A stretch of DNA of 64,000 nt from an uncultured Bacillota bacterium (GTDB lineage Bacteria > Bacillota > Dehalobacteriia > UBA7702), in contig CAKUYE010000001.1 in assembly GCA_934702375.1 (NCBI GenBank), positions 11,275 to 75,274 of the forward strand, read 5' to 3'. A program made the translations under genes and the position numbers. Shown here piece after piece: positions 57,396 through 64,000 of this stretch; the first letter of the stretch is position 1, and each line of letters begins with the position of its first letter. The notes beneath the pieces were generated by a model, which saw only the letters and a list, made by a program, of their open reading frames with translations, was not told the DNA's origin and made no database searches.

Positions 57396-58691
57396 ATGGA
57401 CATCCTTTATTCTTGCTCTCTTACGGTGTATTCTTTTTTTAATGTGTATATTCTGCATCGATTTAATCGCTCTTTTTTTGGAACATGCATCACACCACGG
57501 TATATCGAATTAGGGTCTTATTTTTTCATATTCCTTTCAAATACAATCATTTCTTTATGGATCAATATACCGATAGTGATATTGCTATGCAATGTAATAG
57601 GGTATTATTTACTAACCTATAACTATCAATGCGATCAAAAGCATCGAGTTTTCTTACCTTTAATCTACATATGCATTACCACCTTGGCAGAATTGATTAT
57701 ATTCTTCTTGTCTACCTATACCCCAATTCAAATTTCGGAAATAAACTCGTACAATTTCGCTTTTGGACCGGTCTTTTCAGCAATTTTGTCTTATGCAATC
57801 GTAAAAATTCTTATTGCATTAAAATCATCAAGCGCCCAAATCAAGCTGCCGCTTACCCATTGGCTTCTTCTTTTAGTGATTCCTCTGGTTTCGTTTTACC
57901 TCATTCTGCTCATCATGAGCTTTGAAGATGCAGATCCGAAAACAGTGGCACTCTGCTGCATATTGGCATTGATAATCAATTTTGTGGCCTTCTATTTTTA
58001 CGAAGTGGTTACAGCTTATGCCATAAGCAAAATGGAAAAGCAGCGGGAGGAAGAAAAAAACCGTTACTATCTGCGCCAGCTGGAAACGATGGAGGCATTT
58101 TCCGAATCTATGCGCAGCTTCCGGCACGACTTAAAAAACCACACCATTGCCATGCAGGCATATCTAAAAAACAAACAGTACGACGCCCTGGAAACCTATC
58201 TGTCCGATACCTTTATTGAAAAGGCCTTGTCCGAAGAAAGCATCCATTGCGGCAACACCGTGATTGACAGTATTTTAAATTTCAAAATACACGAAGCGGG
58301 AAATAAGGGGATTACCCTTGAAGCAAAGGTTTCCATCCCGCCCCAACTGCACATTTCCGATTCTGATCTGACGGTGATTTTGGGAAATCTCCTCGACAAT
58401 GCCATAGAAGCAGTGGAACCTTTAACCGAAGAACGTGTAATCCAACTGACGATTTCCTATCAAAAAGGAAACTTGATTCTTTCGGTGAAAAATCCCTATA
58501 AAGGAGAATTGCTGAAAAAAGGAGACCGATGGATTACCTCCAAAAAAGATAAGGATTTACACGGCTACGGCTTGGGCAATGTGAAACATATTGTCGATAA
58601 AAACGGCGGCACCATGCGGATTCAAACGGAACAGCAAATCTTCTCCGTGACGATGATGCTATACGACACGAATACAGACGAAAGCCACTAA
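57396..58691 (+). CDS. agrC: AgrC-like sensor histidine kinase (HPK10 family)
   Basis: Six N-terminal TM helices; H-box FRHDLKNH; N-box LGNLLDNAIEA; G-box GYGLGNV. Confidence 0.8.
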   Translation: MDILYSCSLTVYSFFNVYILHRFNRSFFGTCITPRYIELGSYFFIFLSNTIISLWINIPIVILLCNVIGYYLLTYNYQCDQKHRVFLPLIYICITTLAELIIFFLSTYTPIQISEINSYNFAFGPVFSAILSYAIVKILIALKSSSAQIKLPLTHWLLLLVIPLVSFYLILLIMSFEDADPKTVALCCILALIINFVAFYFYEVVTAYAISKMEKQREEEKNRYYLRQLETMEAFSESMRSFRHDLKNHTIAMQAYLKNKQYDALETYLSDTFIEKALSEESIHCGNTVIDSILNFKIHEAGNKGITLEAKVSIPPQLHISDSDLTVILGNLLDNAIEAVEPLTEERVIQLTISYQKGNLILSVKNPYKGELLKKGDRWITSKKDKDLHGYGLGNVKHIVDKNGGTMRIQTEQQIFSVTMMLYDTNTDESH

Positions 58692-58929
58692 ACTGAGCCT
58701 ACTTCCATTTCCTGCCAAAAGTTCCACAAAACGTCCACAAAGAGATACAGAAAGAACACGTTTTTTCGGTAAGATAAATACTGTGAAAGCGATTTGGTGA
58801 TACAGGAATAAGCCAAAGAGCAAAAGATGGCGTATATTTTAAACGAGATGAAAGGTATCCCACCCTAAAAAAGATCCTCATGCAATGCATGGGGATCTTT
58901 TGATTTTCAAGAATTCCGTTGGAAGCAGG

Positions 58930-59769
58930 TTATTCCATATCATCAATGATTTCCACAGACAAAGCCCCTTCCTCCTGATAGCCATAGTCCATGATATGAA
59001 CGCAATCATCATAGCGAGCGGAACTGTTCAATGCCACGGCAAGATACCGCTTACCGTTTTTTTCAGCAGTAGCCATCAGACATTTTCCCGCCATACTGGT
59101 GGTGCCGGTCTTTAAACCCGTTGCACCGTCGTAAGAGTAGAGAAACTTGTTGATATTGGTGATATCCATGGATTTTTCCGGCTTCAGCCACATCAATTTA
59201 TGAGACGGAGCCGCAGGAAAAGAGGAAAGCCGGTCATTGTTCATATAAGCCGTGCCCAGCACTGCCAGGTCGTAGGCAGTGGTTTTTTGTGCTTCCTCGG
59301 AATAACCGTTCACATTGACCGAGGTCGTGTGCACCGCTCCCAAGGCCCAGGCCTTGGTATCCATAAGAATGGCATAAAAGGAGATATCCCCGGCAACGGC
59401 ATCGGCCATAGCAACGGCGGCATCGTTGGCGGAAAAAAGCATCATCGCGTAGATCAAATCTTCATTGCGGATCACATCCCCCTCGGCCAAGCCGATCAAC
59501 TGGCCGTTATAAACGGTTTGCGCCAAGGGACCGATGGTCACTTCATCGCGAAGTGCAATATACGGCTCTGCGGTAAGAAGGTTTAAAACCTTAATCAAGC
59601 TGGCAGGAGCCAAAGGACGGTCACAATCCTTTTCCCACACCACCTCATTGCGATCCATATCATAAAGGATGGCACCATCGGCCTTTACCTCCGGCGGCTC
59701 CTTTGCCGCATCCACACCGGCAGGGAAACAAAAAAGTAAAAATACGCATAGGCAAAAAATCTTTTTCAT
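58930..59769 (-). CDS. dacA: D-alanyl-D-alanine carboxypeptidase (S11, PBP5-type)
   Basis: Signal peptide; SLIK (SxxK), SAN (SxN) and KTG motifs in canonical order. Confidence 0.8.
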   Translation of the reverse strand: MKKIFCLCVFLLFCFPAGVDAAKEPPEVKADGAILYDMDRNEVVWEKDCDRPLAPASLIKVLNLLTAEPYIALRDEVTIGPLAQTVYNGQLIGLAEGDVIRNEDLIYAMMLFSANDAAVAMADAVAGDISFYAILMDTKAWALGAVHTTSVNVNGYSEEAQKTTAYDLAVLGTAYMNNDRLSSFPAAPSHKLMWLKPEKSMDITNINKFLYSYDGATGLKTGTTSMAGKCLMATAEKNGKRYLAVALNSSARYDDCVHIMDYGYQEEGALSVEIIDDME

Positions 59770-59906
59770 ATCACACCTCCCTTTACTATATCTTGAGAGG
59801 CTTAAAAAAATGTGCTAAAATAAAAAAAATTCGTTGAACGGACAATCTGATATTGCTCATGACCCAAGGTCATAGGATACCATGATACGATAAGGAGGTG
59901 AAGGCT

Positions 59907-60632
59907 GTGTCCAAATATTCCACCGGAGAACTGGCAAAGCTTTGCAATGTATCGGTGCGCACCGTGCAATACTACGACAAAAAAGGTTTGCTAAAGCCCT
60001 CAGAGCTCAGCGAAGGCGGAAGAAGGCTCTACACGGAAACCGACCGCCAAAAGCTACAGTTGATCTGTGTGTTAAAAACGATGGGCTTATCTCTTGATGC
60101 CATTGGCGGAGTCCTAACCAGTAAAAAGCCAAATAAAGTATTAAAGCTTCTGCTTCAGGAACAAAAAAAACAGATTGATGCAGCAATAAAAGCCCAACAG
60201 CAACAGCTTGACACTATCAAACTCGTAGAAAGCTATTTGCAGGAAAACGCACCGCTGCCGGAAACCCTTACCCACGGTGTGGACGCTATCATGGAAAGCG
60301 ACCGCAAATTAAAGCATACCCGAGGGATTTTGCTGGGTGTAGGTCTTGTTATGGATGCAATTGAGATCGGTACCCTAATCTACGGAATCATTACCGGCAC
60401 ATGGCTCCCCTTTCTGCTGGGAATGTTCATAGTGATCCTTTGCGGTATCGGGGTCTTTCGACTGTATTACCACTCCACCGCATACATCTGCCCCAACTGC
60501 GGCAGCATCTTCCAAACCGGAGCCAAAGAATACTTCTTCTCATATCACAAACCCAACACCAGAAAGCTAACTTGTCCGGAATGTCACGAAAAAGACTGGT
60601 GCGTAGAGATCTACAACGACAAAAAAGAATAA
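59907..60632 (+). CDS. MerR-family regulator with C-terminal TM segment and zinc-ribbon
   Basis: GTG start after GGAGGTG; N-terminal MerR HTH (YSTGELAKLCNVSVRTVQYYD), coiled coil, about 40-aa hydrophobic stretch, then CPNC...CPEC ribbon. Confidence 0.65.
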   Translation: MSKYSTGELAKLCNVSVRTVQYYDKKGLLKPSELSEGGRRLYTETDRQKLQLICVLKTMGLSLDAIGGVLTSKKPNKVLKLLLQEQKKQIDAAIKAQQQQLDTIKLVESYLQENAPLPETLTHGVDAIMESDRKLKHTRGILLGVGLVMDAIEIGTLIYGIITGTWLPFLLGMFIVILCGIGVFRLYYHSTAYICPNCGSIFQTGAKEYFFSYHKPNTRKLTCPECHEKDWCVEIYNDKKE

Positions 60633-60639
60633 AACAAAA

Positions 60640-60940
60640 AAACTCGACAAACTCGCCAAGCAACGGCAATAGGCTATACATAACGGTATGCCCATTGTCG
60701 GCGATTGGCGATTTTGCCGAGTATCAGCCATTCAGCGCCCGGAAAGGGTGCGATAAACGTTCAGAACTCGGTAAAACTCACCGGGCGGCGGCAATAAGTA
60801 TCAGCCAGCGCCCGGAAAGGGTGCGATAAACGTTCAGAACTCGGTAAAACTCCTTTGGCAGCGGCGAAGCACTATACTAAGACGTATGTGTTTCGTCGGT
60901 GGCAAAGGATTTTGCCGAGTTCTGTGCGTTTAGCGTGCCC
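60640..60940. repeat. cluster of REP-like repeats: two tandem about 70-bp direct copies and one inverted copy of the CGCTAAA.GCACAGAACTCGG.AAA family motif also found at 18.24-18.35 kb
   Basis: Direct repeat TATCAGCCA..CAGCGCCCGGAAAGGGTGCGATAAACGTTCAGAACTCGGTAAAACTC at about 60721 and about 60799; inverted copy TTTGCCGAGTTCTGTGCGTTTAGCG at 60912. Confidence 0.65.
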
Positions 60941-60942
60941 GC

Positions 60943-62721
60943 TTAGAAAAGTTTCTTAAATTTACTTTGCGACATATCCTGCGTAATCGTCTTCCGCTCC
61001 AGATGGAAGAGGTCGGTATCCAGTTTCAGATAACCATCGCCTTTTACAAAGGCTGCGGAGAAGCCGGCATTCTTTACGGCATCCACAAGGACATCCGAGG
61101 TTGCGCCAAAGGGATAGATAAAGAACGGCGTATTTTCTTCGCCAAGGTTATCACAGAGAACAGTAATCGCGGCGGTAACATCCTTTTTCACCCGGGCGGC
61201 ATATTCTTCATCGGTTTCAAGGCGATCTTCCCCTTCAACGGTGGTGGGAGCCGCAAGGAGAGGTTCTTCGCTGCCATAGCGATTGGAATCATAGCTTACG
61301 CAGCCAACTTCAAAGGTGCCGTCGGCAACCATTTCCTTGAGAGCCGCAAAGGTCACCGAGGGAAACCGGCAATCATCGTCAAAGGCATCCAATGCCTTTT
61401 CTGCACCGTCTTCACCGGCATTTACCGCATCCATTAGGGGGGAGCGATCCTCCACGGTTTTGACTACCGGCGCAATATTGGCTTTTAAACCGAGGTCTTT
61501 TAAGACCGGATAGGCCAAATCATAGGTGGATTCGTAGCCGTTCACAAAGAGAATCAGTACACTGTTTTTCGGCGGCATCACACCAGACTGCACATAGCTC
61601 TTGTACTCCGAAACCGTAAGGGTCTTAAAATCATTATCAGCAAGGTATTTCATTTCCTCTTTAAACTGATCCAAGGAAATAACCATATCGTCACCGTAGA
61701 AGGGACCTTTCACCAATTTATCCACTTTTTCCGTTGTCACGATTTCTTTGGTAGGATCTACCGGATCCGGAGTGCGTTTTTCTTTTTCCTCCGTCACAGT
61801 TTTCGAGATATTATCTTTATTTTTTGTAATGTAGAAATAGGCCAGTACCGGAACGCTTTCTGCCGCGTGGTACTCCCCTTCAATATGAATGGTTTTGGAA
61901 ATCGTTTCCGACCAATTGCCTTTGTAGTCCTTCACGGCATAGGAAATCGTCACATCGCCGGATTCAAAATACCAGTCAGCGCGGTTTTCCCATTTTTCTT
62001 CCACAATCTCATAGCCCTGGGGAGAGCTGCTTTCGACGGTATACTGGATCTTTTCGCCTACATTGTAGGTATCTTTATCCGTGGAAAAGGTTGCCGTAGG
62101 CGCTTTGTCATCTTTTGTAGGTACAAAGATATCAATACGCTTGCTGGAAGCCGTATATGTCACACCATAACCCAAGGCATCAAAAAAGCTGCGCACCGGA
62201 ACATACACGGTTCCATTGTCATCATAAACTTTCTGATCCAACTGGGAGCTGCCAAAGAGCCCCTGTTTCATGGCATCGCTATTAACGGTAAGCTTCACCC
62301 GTTTTCCGATGCCGTCAAATTTCACGGTACCTTTGTCTTTATCGTAATTTATCGTTCCGCCCATAACCTCGGCAATGCCGTCGGCAGGAAGATAGGCGAC
62401 ACCGTCTTTGGTAATATAAGCGCCGCTCATTTCATAGGTGGTACTTTCATCGGCAGATTCGGTGCTGCCTTCGATAAACCAGGCGTGAAGATCACCTTTT
62501 GCCGGAGCATTATTGGAATTGGAAGCGGTGGCGTTATCTGCAGAAAAGCCAACCACACCGATAATAACGACCATACAAAGGACGACCACGCTAATTACGA
62601 TCGCCGCCAAAGAAGCCGCCAATACTTTCGGATTTTTTGTTTTACCGTTTTGCGGTAATCGTCTTCTTTTTTCATAGGATCTGCGATTGGAATGTAATTT
62701 CATTTGAAACCTCTTTTGCAA
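60943..62721 (-). CDS. membrane-anchored polysaccharide deacetylase (NodB-type) with copper-amine-oxidase-N-terminal-like domain
   Basis: 592 aa; N-terminal TM; CuAO-N-like VPVRSFFDALGY segment; C-terminal NodB-type deacetylase region. Confidence 0.6.
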   Translation of the reverse strand: MQKRFQMKLHSNRRSYEKRRRLPQNGKTKNPKVLAASLAAIVISVVVLCMVVIIGVVGFSADNATASNSNNAPAKGDLHAWFIEGSTESADESTTYEMSGAYITKDGVAYLPADGIAEVMGGTINYDKDKGTVKFDGIGKRVKLTVNSDAMKQGLFGSSQLDQKVYDDNGTVYVPVRSFFDALGYGVTYTASSKRIDIFVPTKDDKAPTATFSTDKDTYNVGEKIQYTVESSSPQGYEIVEEKWENRADWYFESGDVTISYAVKDYKGNWSETISKTIHIEGEYHAAESVPVLAYFYITKNKDNISKTVTEEKEKRTPDPVDPTKEIVTTEKVDKLVKGPFYGDDMVISLDQFKEEMKYLADNDFKTLTVSEYKSYVQSGVMPPKNSVLILFVNGYESTYDLAYPVLKDLGLKANIAPVVKTVEDRSPLMDAVNAGEDGAEKALDAFDDDCRFPSVTFAALKEMVADGTFEVGCVSYDSNRYGSEEPLLAAPTTVEGEDRLETDEEYAARVKKDVTAAITVLCDNLGEENTPFFIYPFGATSDVLVDAVKNAGFSAAFVKGDGYLKLDTDLFHLERKTITQDMSQSKFKKLF

Positions 62722-62989
62722 TTAAAAATTTACCAAAACAGTCTTTTTTTCTGTTGTTTCGTAAAAACTACCAGCTTACGCCGATATAGTTATCCTTTTA
62801 TATTCTACCATATCCAACCGGAAAATCCAAGGGCGTTTTAAAATTTTCACTAAAAATTAAGATTTTGGCTACAAAAGACATAGAGAACCGCAGTTTTAAA
62901 AAAAGTGAAAACATGGTATAATAGAAGTAATGCGATGCTGCCGAATTCCAGGTCCATGCAGGCGCATAATTTATTTACGGAGGCATAAA

Positions 62990-64000
62990 ATGAAAGATCC
63001 CAGATCAAAAAAATTAGCAGAATTACTGATCCGATATTCCACAAATTTACAGCCGGGGGAAAAGGTTCTCATCGACTGCATCGGCAATTGCAGCGACCTT
63101 TGCATCGACATTGTAGAAGAAGCTTACAAAGCAGGCGGCATCCCCTTTGTAAATGTGGAGAACCCGGAGCTGGAAGCAGCATTGCTCAAAGATGCAACGG
63201 AAGAATCCTTCCTGCTGCGGAGAAAATGGGAAGAGTTGCGTATGAAAGAGATGGATGCCTATATCGGTGTTCGGGCCACCAACAACAGCTATACCTTTAA
63301 AAACATTCCGGCAAAGCAGCACGAACTCCAAAGCACCCTCCTCTGGGAGCCGGTACACGGCAAAATTCGCGTACCTCAAACCAAATGGGTCATTCTGCGC
63401 TACCCCAATGACTCCATGGCACAAATGGCAGAAATGCCCACCGCCGATTTTGAAGACTATTTCTTTGATGTTTGCACCGTAGACTACCGCAAAATGTCGG
63501 CAGCCATGGATCCTCTGGTCACACTGATGGAAAAAACCGATAAGGTGCGGCTGGTGGCTCCCGGAACAGACCTCACCTTTTCCATTCAAGGCATCCCGGC
63601 CATCAAGTGCGACGGCAAGTGCAATATCCCCGATGGCGAAGTATACACCGCTCCGGTGAAGGACAGTGTAAACGGCGTGATCCGCTACAATACCCCCTCT
63701 CCTTACGATGGCTTTGTATTCAAAGATATGGAGCTGACCTTTGAAAACGGAAAGATTGTAAAAGCTACCTCCAATAATACCGAGCGCTGCAATAAGATTT
63801 TCGATACCGACGAAGGCAGCCGCTATGTGGGAGAATTTGCCATCGGCGTAAATCCCCAGATTCACGATGCCATGGGCGATATCCTCTTTGACGAAAAAAT
63901 TGCCGGCTCCATCCACTTTACCCCTGGAGCCTCCTACGACGATGCCCCCAACGGCAACGACAGTGCCGTACATTGGGATCTGGTACTAATCCAAACACCG
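62990..64000 (+). CDS. pepS: aminopeptidase, M29 family (PepS/AmpS-like), 3' end beyond the window
   Basis: GGAGG RBS and ATG at 62990; ORF open to the window end; M29-family pattern (E..D metal ligands, HFTPGAS...HWDLV). Confidence 0.75.
   Translation, partial: MKDPRSKKLAELLIRYSTNLQPGEKVLIDCIGNCSDLCIDIVEEAYKAGGIPFVNVENPELEAALLKDATEESFLLRRKWEELRMKEMDAYIGVRATNNSYTFKNIPAKQHELQSTLLWEPVHGKIRVPQTKWVILRYPNDSMAQMAEMPTADFEDYFFDVCTVDYRKMSAAMDPLVTLMEKTDKVRLVAPGTDLTFSIQGIPAIKCDGKCNIPDGEVYTAPVKDSVNGVIRYNTPSPYDGFVFKDMELTFENGKIVKATSNNTERCNKIFDTDEGSRYVGEFAIGVNPQIHDAMGDILFDEKIAGSIHFTPGASYDDAPNGNDSAVHWDLVLIQTP

Larger units (their letters stand above)
53800..58900. other. visibly AT-rich island of about 5 kb (compositional outlier) carrying an agr-like quorum-sensing module and cell-envelope genes; no integrase or flanking repeats seen
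   Basis: Base composition drops sharply relative to flanks; codon usage A/T-ending; all six island genes are envelope- or signalling-related. Confidence 0.6.

Noticed and set aside
53800-58900. Calling the AT-rich island a defined mobile element (ICE, prophage or transposon)
   Set aside because: No integrase, transposase, relaxase or flanking direct or inverted repeats are visible; only the compositional contrast supports horizontal origin.
63047-63973. 308-aa minus-strand ORF
   Set aside because: Antisense to the M29 aminopeptidase gene, which has a proper RBS and family motifs; Gly/Val-rich shadow frame.

Overview
This 64 kb window is a chromosomal segment of a spore-forming Firmicute, most likely class Clostridia. 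The call rests on spoIIE, spmA/spmB, the tilS-ftsH pair, the rpsF-ssb-rpsR-yybS-rplI neighbourhood and SLH-domain proteins. Most of the window is conserved housekeeping, mainly on the minus strand. In order it holds: folate genes folP-folB-folK with an HD-domain gene upstream; ftsH and tilS; spoIIE; tRNA-Met and tRNA-Glu genes followed by a tandem array of degenerate tRNA-Glu 3'-end fragments with terminators; a his operon (hisZ-hisG-hisD-hisC-hisB-hisA-hisIE) preceded by a 7-His-codon leader peptide and attenuator terminator; a ZIP transporter; spmAB; a small Trp/Gly/Cys-rich peptide gene with strong RBS and its own terminator; purA and pfkA; two nhaA paralogs; an ArsB/NhaD-like permease; dnaB; and a plus-strand aromatic amino acid supraoperon (aminotransferase, pheA CM/PDT, aroB, fused aroE-aroK, aroQ, aroA, tyrA, DAHP synthase) preceded by a consensus promoter, a Phe/Tyr-rich mini-ORF and a terminator. 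The rpsF region is followed by a 1.25 kb ORF-free gap containing a promoter- and terminator-bounded candidate ncRNA. Further downstream are mscS, larB and rnhA, then a visibly AT-rich island of about 5 kb (about 53.8-58.9 kb) with a complete agr-like quorum-sensing system (agrD-agrB divergent from a LytTR regulator and histidine kinase). That system appears co-transcribed with an SLH-anchored permuted papain-fold peptidase and a 4-TM membrane protein. The window ends with a PBP5-type carboxypeptidase, a MerR-like regulator, a REP-like repeat cluster, a polysaccharide deacetylase and a partial M29 aminopeptidase. Three genes carry single-base frameshifts at short homopolymers, which may be sequencing errors or genuine pseudogenes. 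No CRISPR, rRNA, integrase or transposase was seen.
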